Assembly: GCA_035552315.1 (NCBI GenBank)
Contig: DASZLO010000103.1
Coordinates: forward strand, 4,255 to 68,254
DNA: 64,000 nt
Origin: Bryobacteraceae bacterium
GTDB taxonomy: Bacteria > Acidobacteriota > Terriglobia > Bryobacterales > Bryobacteraceae
Reading direction: 5' to 3'
How positions within the stretch are numbered: position 1 is the first letter of the stretch; the number at the start of each line of letters is the position of its first letter. The notes under the pieces were generated by a model. The model was not told the DNA's origin and made no database searches. It saw nothing but the letters and a program-made list of their open reading frames with translations. The translations under genes and the position numbers were made by a program. Shown piece by piece: positions 17,431-24,981 of the stretch.

Positions 17431-19338
17431 TCACCGTTTCGGCGCGGGTTTGCGGCGGATGATCTTAATGTGCTCGATGACATCGCCTTCCTGTAGCCGG
17501 TCCATCACGGCCATTCCCGTACGCATCCTGGCCATCACGGTGTAATCGCGGTCAAGACGGAAGTTGTCCACCAGGTTGAAAAAAATCTGTGCGTCTCCGG
17601 TATCGCGTCCGCGAGTCGAGATTCCGATCGTGCCGCGGAGGTGGCGCGCGAAACCCGTTTCGTCGCGGAGAAACTCACGTGAGCGTCCGTCGTATTCGTC
17701 CGCCCCGGGACTGCCACCCTGAATGACGAAGTCCGGTTCCACCCGGTGGAACGTCAGCCCGTCATACTGATGCGCCTCGGCGAGTTGGGCGAACGCCGCG
17801 ACGGTGACCGGGGCGTCATCCGTCAAAAGGTCCACCGTGATGACGCCGAGTCCCCGCATGACGATGCGTGCCTGTGCGTTTTCGAGACCGTGGATATATT
17901 CGACCGGCGGGAGCGACGGTACTGGGAGCCGTGTGGTTTGCGGCGCGACGGGTGTTCCTGTGCGGGCGGTCAGGATCCGGGCAGCGAGCGAGGCGATGGC
18001 GGGATCGCGGTCACGCACCGCTTCGCGCAAGAGGCCATCCGTGCTGTGGTCGTCGATTTCCTCAATGCGGGTCAACACAGCGACGCGCGGGTCGCGCACC
18101 GTCATGACGCCTTCCGCCGTCAGCCGATTGAATGTCGAGACAAGTTGGGGCAGATGCGCCTTCAGATCCGGCGCGCCCTTGAGGCGCTGCGCGCCGGCCA
18201 GCACGAGTCCGGAGTGTTCGCTGAGGAGAGCCCGCGTGGCGTCGTCGATCGTCGTCATGGCGGCGATTGCGACGTTCGGATTTTCGTCGCGGGCCAGCTG
18301 CGCCAGTGTTGTGGAATCGCCCGCGAGGCGGGCCGACTTCGCCACGTAGACTCGCACCTGCCAGACGGGGTCCAGGGCCATATGGACGATGCTGTCCCGG
18401 GCACGCGCTGGATCGATGGCTACAAGGGCAAGGAGGGCATGTGCGCGATAACGCCAGGAGCGTCCATTGGAAAGCAGCGGCGTGAGTGGCGCGGGATCGC
18501 ATTTGAGGGTGCCAATCAGGTCCACGGCGGCCAGTGCGACGGAATCGCTTTTGTCGCGCAATGCTGCCGCGGCGTGCTCACACGAGGGCGAAGCGCGCAG
18601 ACCTTCGAACCGGACGATAGGCGATGGATCGCGCACCCAGCGCTTCGTATCGATGACTGCAAGCCGGCGAACCTGCGGACTGGGATCGGCGAGGGCGCCG
18701 TTCAGGACGGAGGTATCGTGGTCTCCCGCGGTGTGCATCGTGAGTAGAATGAGTTCGCGGATCTCCTCTTCGCGATTGGCGGCGAAGGCTTCATGAAGCG
18801 CGGTGAGGGTGATGGCGGCGGGCTGACGGGGAGGTTTGGAATTCAGGCGGAAGAGCGTTTCGAGTCCGCGGACCGCGCCCGCACGCGCCTCGGCATCACG
18901 GTCCTTCAATCCGGCCGCGAGCAGCGATTCGGCGTCGACGGACGCGGGCTTTGCGCGACCGATGGCTTCGAAGTTTGCAGCTTTGACGGCCGGGTCGCTT
19001 TCCGTCTGAAGGAGCGGAGCCCAGTCGAAAGCCGCCCGCATTTGCGCAAAAGCGCCGGCGGCGGCGCGACGCACCTGAGGGTCAGGGGAGCGGGTCAGCG
19101 GAACCAGCGAATCGCGATATGCGGCATTTTCCAGACGCCCGATGGCGCGCGCCGCCAGTGCCTGGGACCGGGCATCGCCGTTCGCCGCCGCTGCCAGCAG
19201 CGCAGGCACGCCAGCTTCCCGTGACTGTTCGGCTTCAAGAATTGACCGCGCCCCTGTCTGTGCACTTGTGCCCGAAACGCCGATTGAAGCGAAGAGCAAT
19301 ATGGGGGCACAGAGGCGCACGGCAGCCGCGAAGTTCAT
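17431..19338 (-). CDS. Exported HEAT-repeat protein fused to a cyclophilin-type peptidyl-prolyl isomerase
   Basis: 635 aa. Signal peptide MNFAAAVRLCAPILLFASIGVSGTSAQT. About 450 aa of Ala/Leu/Arg/Asp-rich helical repeats (…DPQVRRAAA…, …DPSPQVRRLAV…). C-terminal cyclophilin core TFHRVEPDFVIQGGSPG…GTIGISTRGRDTGDAQIFFNL. Confidence 0.8.
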   Translation of the reverse strand: MNFAAAVRLCAPILLFASIGVSGTSAQTGARSILEAEQSREAGVPALLAAAANGDARSQALAARAIGRLENAAYRDSLVPLTRSPDPQVRRAAAGAFAQMRAAFDWAPLLQTESDPAVKAANFEAIGRAKPASVDAESLLAAGLKDRDAEARAGAVRGLETLFRLNSKPPRQPAAITLTALHEAFAANREEEIRELILLTMHTAGDHDTSVLNGALADPSPQVRRLAVIDTKRWVRDPSPIVRFEGLRASPSCEHAAAALRDKSDSVALAAVDLIGTLKCDPAPLTPLLSNGRSWRYRAHALLALVAIDPARARDSIVHMALDPVWQVRVYVAKSARLAGDSTTLAQLARDENPNVAIAAMTTIDDATRALLSEHSGLVLAGAQRLKGAPDLKAHLPQLVSTFNRLTAEGVMTVRDPRVAVLTRIEEIDDHSTDGLLREAVRDRDPAIASLAARILTARTGTPVAPQTTRLPVPSLPPVEYIHGLENAQARIVMRGLGVITVDLLTDDAPVTVAAFAQLAEAHQYDGLTFHRVEPDFVIQGGSPGADEYDGRSREFLRDETGFARHLRGTIGISTRGRDTGDAQIFFNLVDNFRLDRDYTVMARMRTGMAVMDRLQEGDVIEHIKIIRRKPAPKR

Positions 19339-19396
19339 AGAAGGTTCTTGATTTTACCCCGGTGACTGGCACCTCGATTGCTCGCCATCCGCTCTG

Positions 19397-20272
19397 ATGG
19401 CGCTTGACCGCAACCAGCTGCTGAAACCCGCAAAGAAGTTGCGAAAGCTCCTGCGTAAGATCGATAACAATTCCACTCCGGAAGAGGTACATGATCTGCG
19501 CACGGATTCGAGGCGCTTTGAAGCGGTGTTCGATGCGTTGTCTCTCGACAAACAGGGGATCGACAAGGCAATTTTGAAGGACCTGGAACGGCTGCGGAAA
19601 CGGGCCGGAAAGGTCCGCGATATGGATGTGCTGACGGGTTTCGCATCGAGGGTCCATCCGAAGGGAGAAGAGGACTGCAGTGTGCGACTGCTGGAACATC
19701 TCGGAGCCCGGCGGGAAAAGGAGGCTGCGAAACTTTCTGCTGAAGCAAGCGACGATCGCAGGCGGGTACGAAAGGAATTAAAGCGCACGACCGCGGTATT
19801 GAAGAAGTTGACCCGCAAGAGCGGAGATGCGAAAGGTGAAAACGATGCAGCCGCCGAAGCAGCCGCGAGCGCGGTGAAAATGGCGGCCCGGCTGGGAACG
19901 CCGCCGCGCCTGACCCGAAGCAATCTGCATCCATACCGTTTGAGAGTCAAGGAACTGCGAAGCGTCTTGCGGGTGGCGTCCAACTCGGAGGATTCCCGGT
20001 TCGTTCGGGATCTGGGCGACCTCAAAGACGCCATCGGCGAATGGCACGATTACGAGGAACTGGTCTCGATTGCACAAAAGGTCCTGGATCACCCAACGGG
20101 ATGCAGGCTTCTCGCCGAATTGAAACGCCTGGCGCGGCAAAAGTACGAAGATGCGATCGGTCAGGCGCAGCGGCTCAGGAAAACGTACCTCCGCGGCAAG
20201 CGCGCTTCGGCCGGATCCGCCAGGACCGCGCGCCCGAAGGTATGGAAAGCCATATCCGCGCTCGCAGGTTGA
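19397..20272 (+). CDS. CHAD domain protein
   Basis: 291 aa, all-helical and rich in Arg/Lys/His, with CHAD-like motifs VHDLRTDSRRFEAVFD and HPYRLRVKELRSVL. Confidence 0.75.
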   Translation: MALDRNQLLKPAKKLRKLLRKIDNNSTPEEVHDLRTDSRRFEAVFDALSLDKQGIDKAILKDLERLRKRAGKVRDMDVLTGFASRVHPKGEEDCSVRLLEHLGARREKEAAKLSAEASDDRRRVRKELKRTTAVLKKLTRKSGDAKGENDAAAEAAASAVKMAARLGTPPRLTRSNLHPYRLRVKELRSVLRVASNSEDSRFVRDLGDLKDAIGEWHDYEELVSIAQKVLDHPTGCRLLAELKRLARQKYEDAIGQAQRLRKTYLRGKRASAGSARTARPKVWKAISALAG

Positions 20273-20275
20273 GTC

Positions 20276-20821
20276 ATGAGCACGTCCCCCAAACGCAAAT
20301 CACCGAAGAAGCGCGCGCGGCGGTCAGGCGCCGAAGGCGAATCCGTCGCGGTAATCATCGAAACGCCCAAAGGAAGCCGCAACAAGTTCAAATACGATGC
20401 CGGCCAGCGTATGTACAAATTGTCGAAGCTCATGCCGGAAGGCATGGTTTTTCCCTACGATTTCGGTTTTGTGCCTGGCACGAAGGCCGCGGATGGCGAT
20501 CCGCTGGATGTTCTGCTGCTCACGGACGAGCCGCTCTTTCCAGGCTGCCTTGTGGATGCGGTTCTGGCCGGAGTCATCGAACTGGAGCAGCGGGAAGACG
20601 GCAAGACCATTCGCAACGACCGCCTGATCGCGGTGGCGCTGCCATCCCTGCAGTATTCAGAGGTGAGAGATCTCGACAGCCTGAGTCCGGTTGTACTCCG
20701 GCAAATTGAAGCGTTCTTTGTGAATTACCAGAAGGTTCGCGATATTCAGGTCATGATCCTGGGCCGGCGTGGACCCGATCGCGCGCGGGAGATTCTGCGC
20801 CAAAGCCGAGATAAGGTATGA
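20276..20821 (+). CDS. ppa: Inorganic pyrophosphatase (family I) with a basic N-terminal tail
   Basis: Core motifs ETPKGSRNKFKYD and YDFGFVPGTKAADGDPLDVLLL. Starts 3 nt after the CHAD stop. Confidence 0.9.
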   Translation: MSTSPKRKSPKKRARRSGAEGESVAVIIETPKGSRNKFKYDAGQRMYKLSKLMPEGMVFPYDFGFVPGTKAADGDPLDVLLLTDEPLFPGCLVDAVLAGVIELEQREDGKTIRNDRLIAVALPSLQYSEVRDLDSLSPVVLRQIEAFFVNYQKVRDIQVMILGRRGPDRAREILRQSRDKV

Positions 20822-20917
20822 GCTTGGGATCGTGTTATAAATTCCCCTCATGGCTGCGTTCGCACCGATGTACGGCACCGGCCATGAAGGGATAGTCGAC
20901 TTACAAAGTCGATATAA

Positions 20918-21625
20918 CTAAGTATTCAAGAATTTCCTGGGCGCCACGCAAACCGTTAGAACTAATCCGAGCCCCATCAACATCCATGCAGCGGGTTCCG
21001 GAGCCGCAGTGGTCAGGGTAATAGAACCGGCATTCAACACGTAATTGTTTCCGGATTCGCCAACCGGCTGGCCCGAACTGGTCAGAGCCAGCAGCGTGAA
21101 GGGGGTGGTTGACGAAAGGCCCAGGTCGGCGAGCAGGGTCGGACTGACCGTAATCGAGGTAATGCTCGCGGCCGAAGGCATGTTCAGGCTTATCGTGGTT
21201 CCGCCGCTCGTGTTGGCCGTCAGTCCGGTGGAAAACTGAATTGTAAAGAGATCGGACATGGTCGCGAGTCCGGGCAGGTTGGAGCAGTTCGAGGGCGTAG
21301 AACAGCCGTTAACCGTCCCCGATACCGTCAAGACGTGCGTTGTCGCGTTGTAATTCTCCTGTTCGAAAAGAGGAATGTAGGTTCCGTTGTTGGCCGGAGC
21401 CCCGGAAACAATGAGAGTGTTCAACGGAACATTGACAAAGCCGGTGATGGGATCGAAGGCGCCGATCTGAGTGATGTCAGTAGTGATGTCCCCGCCGGTC
21501 AACAGTGAGTTACCAAACAAACTGCTGTCCTCGAACTCGATTATCAGTGACGCGTGAACAGGTACTGCCGAACCCAGTAACAACAACGCGGAGCAAAGTG
21601 CGGAAGCAGAGACAAGACGTTTCAT
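20918..21625 (-). CDS. PEP-CTERM sorting-signal protein
   Basis: Track ORF is 20918..21652; start moved to ATG 21625 (MKRLVSASALCSALLLLGSAVPVHA signal peptide). The C-terminus AAPEPAAWMLMGLGLVLTVCVAPRKF has a PEP motif, a TM helix and a basic tail. Confidence 0.8.
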   Translation of the reverse strand: MKRLVSASALCSALLLLGSAVPVHASLIIEFEDSSLFGNSLLTGGDITTDITQIGAFDPITGFVNVPLNTLIVSGAPANNGTYIPLFEQENYNATTHVLTVSGTVNGCSTPSNCSNLPGLATMSDLFTIQFSTGLTANTSGGTTISLNMPSAASITSITVSPTLLADLGLSSTTPFTLLALTSSGQPVGESGNNYVLNAGSITLTTAAPEPAAWMLMGLGLVLTVCVAPRKFLNT

Positions 21626-21864
21626 GTAATCTCCTCGACTACCTTCGATCATGCGTATTGAGGGGGGCCGATGTCCATCGCGCTAAGTGAGTGTTATGGG
21701 CGCTGGAGTCCACCTGAGTGGCTTGCGCCGGGGGATATCATACGGCGACAAAAGACGGATGTCGCACGCACTTACAGAGTGTGGATTAGAGGTCACACCA
21801 GACACGTCTGAACCGCCAGATGTTGTGACCTGTCGTTAGAACCTGCGATGCCCTTCGATTCAAT

Positions 21865-23295
21865 TCAGCGCGCGCCGATTCCCGACTTCTCCGCGGCGGC
21901 AATGGTGGCGTCGGCTTCGGGTTTCAGGATGTATCCGGCCTTCAGGTTTTTGTCCGTTACTTCGCGGACCGCCGCGACATAGGCGGCGTGTTTCGGGTAG
22001 AGCAAGGCAATCTTCGCCGGATCGAAGTCCACGTGCGATCCGTAAAGCCAGCAGAATCCCGGGCCCGAATTTTGACCGGTATTCACGGCGATCGGGACGG
22101 CAATGGCGGCCAGCCTGATACCTCCGCCGGACGAATTACCAGCGGCGTCGCGTGCAATCACCGCGCGCGGCGGCCCGGTAGAAGCGACATCGATCGGCGG
22201 TGCGGATGGCGGTGCCTTTCCGTCCTTCACCCAAACAACGAGATGGTCAAGCGCCGCTTCCATTACCTGATAGAAGGGCACATCGCTGTAAGTCGGCTGG
22301 TCGCACGGATTTCCCCCCGCGGCTACTGGCGCAGCGGGAGTTGCTCTCCCTCCGCGAGCGGCGCCCGGGGTGGCTCCCGGAGCAACGGGATTCCCGTCGC
22401 GTTGCACCAGCCTCGAGCGGCCGGCGATAAACTGCGTGTCCACGTGCGAATCCCCGGCAACTTCCCAGGAGCGGAAATTGTCCGTGTCCGGCTGGCGCGC
22501 GGCGGCCTGGCCGATGATCACGTCTGTCTCTGAGCTGAGTTTCCAGACCTTAATCTTCAGGTCGGTGCGGATTTTCGATCCGCCGCCGTGCACGATCACC
22601 GCGTCGAACACCGGATCGAGCGGGTGAACCGAATTCAGATAACTTGCGAGGCGCACAGCGGACTGCGAATGCCCGGTCGCGAACACACGCTGCGGCTTCA
22701 TTCCGGCGAGAAAATCCGCGCCATGAGGTTGCCGGGCGGCCCGGCCGGCATCGGCAAAAATGTCGTAGCTGAGCGCGTCATTCATGATGGTTCCGTCGGC
22801 GCTGACGTCGAGCGAGCCGTAGCGGTCCTTGCTCCACACCTTGAGCGCTTCAACGCCGATGCGTTGCGGGGTGACGCCGACCCAGACATAACCCGAGCGC
22901 ATCAGGTAGTCGTGAATCTGGTACCAGTCGATATCCTGATCGTGCCCCGCGGTGACGTTGTTCCATTCCACGATCACGGTTCCGTTGAACTTCTTCGGGT
23001 CGGCCGGTTTGCGCACCACGAGCCGCGTCCGGTACTTGTGATCGCCGTCAATCACCTTGCCGGTGGCCCCTTCCGGCGTGTCGTAACGGTTCGCAGTGCC
23101 AGAGAAGAAGTACTCCTGTTCCACGTACCCGCGTCCTTTGAGATCATCCATGGAGGAAAAGAAAGGATAACCATGACGGGGATCGCCCGGCGCGGTGGTG
23201 GACACGACGGGTCCGGTCACCACCGGGTTGGCGGCGAACAGGGAAGCGGCCGAGAGCAGTGCGGCAATTAGGCAGGAACGGCGTGGCATGGTCAA
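21865..23295 (-). CDS. Exported alpha/beta-hydrolase-domain protein
   Basis: 476 aa. Signal peptide MTMPRRSCLIAALLSAASLFAANP. Nucleophile-elbow-like FATGHSQSAV. Confidence 0.7.
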   Translation of the reverse strand: MTMPRRSCLIAALLSAASLFAANPVVTGPVVSTTAPGDPRHGYPFFSSMDDLKGRGYVEQEYFFSGTANRYDTPEGATGKVIDGDHKYRTRLVVRKPADPKKFNGTVIVEWNNVTAGHDQDIDWYQIHDYLMRSGYVWVGVTPQRIGVEALKVWSKDRYGSLDVSADGTIMNDALSYDIFADAGRAARQPHGADFLAGMKPQRVFATGHSQSAVRLASYLNSVHPLDPVFDAVIVHGGGSKIRTDLKIKVWKLSSETDVIIGQAAARQPDTDNFRSWEVAGDSHVDTQFIAGRSRLVQRDGNPVAPGATPGAARGGRATPAAPVAAGGNPCDQPTYSDVPFYQVMEAALDHLVVWVKDGKAPPSAPPIDVASTGPPRAVIARDAAGNSSGGGIRLAAIAVPIAVNTGQNSGPGFCWLYGSHVDFDPAKIALLYPKHAAYVAAVREVTDKNLKAGYILKPEADATIAAAEKSGIGAR

Positions 23296-23347
23296 AATTC
23301 TGTCACGTCAGACCTATGAACTGCAACGAGAGGCGCCGGATGGGACG

Positions 23348-23866
23348 TTATTTCAGGGGGAGCTTGTTGTCCGGATCGGGCCTGAAAACCAGATACGACA
23401 TATCGCTTTCGATGTTCGCCCACAGGTGCGGCGTTCGCCCCGGTGTAATAATCACGTCGCCCGGAACTACATGCCGGCTCGTTCCACCTTCGATCTTCGT
23501 GCCGGTATAGTTGCCGCCGGCCCGCGCTGGTGGACGGGCGTCGGGAATGGTGCCGCCCGTGATGAGGTCGGCCGAGCCCTCCAGAATGTACAGGATCTCG
23601 GTCATGTTCGTGTCGTGATAGATGGCGTCCTGCGGGGAATTCTTCGGACGGACCACCGCGAACACGCCCACACGATATCCGCCGACGTCAACGGCCCGGA
23701 TGGGGCTATCCGATATACGCGTCTTTGACAGGTTGGCGATGAAGTCCTGAATCTGGTCCTTCGTTACGTGCGTTGCCGGAGCGGTTTTGGGTGGCACGGG
23801 CGTCTGCGGAGCAGCCCCCAGGCATAATCCGAGAGCTGCTGCCGCGATGATTACTGTGCGTTTCAT
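23348..23866 (-). CDS. Exported cupin-domain protein
   Basis: 172 aa. Signal peptide MKRTVIIAAAALGLCLGAAP. Cupin-like segments EILYILEGSADLITGG and GDVIITPGRTPHLW. Confidence 0.7.
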   Translation of the reverse strand: MKRTVIIAAAALGLCLGAAPQTPVPPKTAPATHVTKDQIQDFIANLSKTRISDSPIRAVDVGGYRVGVFAVVRPKNSPQDAIYHDTNMTEILYILEGSADLITGGTIPDARPPARAGGNYTGTKIEGGTSRHVVPGDVIITPGRTPHLWANIESDMSYLVFRPDPDNKLPLK

Positions 23867-23914
23867 AGTTTTCTACCGTGGAAAGTATACTACCGCCGCG
23901 GGGGGGGGAATCCT

Positions 23915-24301
23915 TCACCGTCCTGCGAAATGCGCAAACGTGATCAGGTGGCCGGCCGGGTCCTGCACGCTGAATTCATTCGACCCGTAGAAGGTCTGGT
24001 GTACCGGCGACATCAGCGGGGCTCCTTTCATCGCATGCAGCACCGCGTCCAGATCGTCGACCTCAATGAACAAAAACGAAGTGCCTTTCTGAATTGAATC
24101 CATAACCGCCGGGTCATGTTCAAGGCTCTCCCAGCTTCCGTACATCAGTTCGATATCGCCGGCCTGCAGAGCCGCGAAGGCGAGCTTCCCTTCGTCCGGA
24201 ACGCTCACCGTCTTTACAAAATTCATTCGTTCCACCCAGAACCTTACGCAGGACTCGACATCATCCGTGTATAGGTTCGCCGTTAATTTCTTTACCGTCA
24301 T
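23915..24301 (-). CDS. VOC (glyoxalase/bleomycin-resistance) family protein
   Basis: 128 aa. Fold-typical pattern (LYTDDVESCVRFWVERMNF … FGSNEFSVQDPAGHLITF). Divergent from padR. Confidence 0.65.
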   Translation of the reverse strand: MTVKKLTANLYTDDVESCVRFWVERMNFVKTVSVPDEGKLAFAALQAGDIELMYGSWESLEHDPAVMDSIQKGTSFLFIEVDDLDAVLHAMKGAPLMSPVHQTFYGSNEFSVQDPAGHLITFAHFAGR

Positions 24302-24342
24302 GGTTGGCTCCCTTTATTGGGCTCCGCCGTTGCGGATGCCGA

Positions 24343-24359
24343 TAGTCTCATTTAGACTA
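24343..24359. promoter_or_regulatory. Candidate PadR operator (6-5-6 palindrome) in the padR / VOC-cupin divergent region
   Basis: TAGTCT-CATTT-AGACTA is a perfect inverted repeat lying 14 nt upstream of the padR ATG (24373) and 42 nt upstream of the divergent VOC gene start (24301). Confidence 0.35.
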
Positions 24360-24372
24360 GTATCCGAGGAAG

Positions 24373-24972
24373 ATGGTGTCAAGCGAAAAATTAACCACGC
24401 CCGATCTTGTTTTGCTCAGCCTTCTGGCGGAGCGTCCGATGCATGGATATGAAGCCAATGCGCTGCTGGAATTTCGCAAGGTGCGCGACTGGGCCGGCGT
24501 TTCGCGTCCACAGGTTTATTACTCGATCGAGAAACTGGCGCGCCTTGAACTGATCCGCGCGGCGCGAAGATCCGGAACGGATGACGAATCCGGCGGGCCT
24601 GAGCGGCACATCTACGAAACCACAACGCGCGGCCGCGCGGCGCTGGCGGACGCTTTGGAGCGGGCGGACTGGACCGAACAGAGTGATCGGCCGGCGTTCC
24701 TTACCTGGATGGCTCTTTCATGGCAAAGCCGTCCTGGAGTGTTCCTGAAGCAGATCGGCCGCCGTCGGGAATTTCTGGAACGGGAATTAAAGAGCAAACA
24801 GGAAAGCCTGCGCGCGGTGCGCAAGGAAGTGGGCCATCGCTACCACGAGGCGGTCTGGATGCTCGGCCTGACCATCGAACAGTTACGGGTCGAATTGCGC
24901 TGGATCGGGAAGGTCGAGCGCGAGTTTCCGGGCCGGGCGGCGGCGCGCAATCCGGATTATTCCGACCGGTAG
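24373..24972 (+). CDS. PadR-family transcriptional regulator
   Basis: 199 aa. Winged-helix segment LVLLSLLAERPMHGYEANALLEFRKVRDWAGVSRPQVYYSIEKLARLELI. Confidence 0.8.
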   Translation: MVSSEKLTTPDLVLLSLLAERPMHGYEANALLEFRKVRDWAGVSRPQVYYSIEKLARLELIRAARRSGTDDESGGPERHIYETTTRGRAALADALERADWTEQSDRPAFLTWMALSWQSRPGVFLKQIGRRREFLERELKSKQESLRAVRKEVGHRYHEAVWMLGLTIEQLRVELRWIGKVEREFPGRAAARNPDYSDR

Positions 24973-24981
24973 AAGGCGGCG

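Noticed and set aside
21790-21831. 8-bp inverted repeat AGGTCACA…TGTGACCT downstream of the alpha/beta-hydrolase gene, considered as a terminator
   Set aside because: The 26-nt loop, short stem and absence of a U-run on the transcribed strand make this too weak to call.
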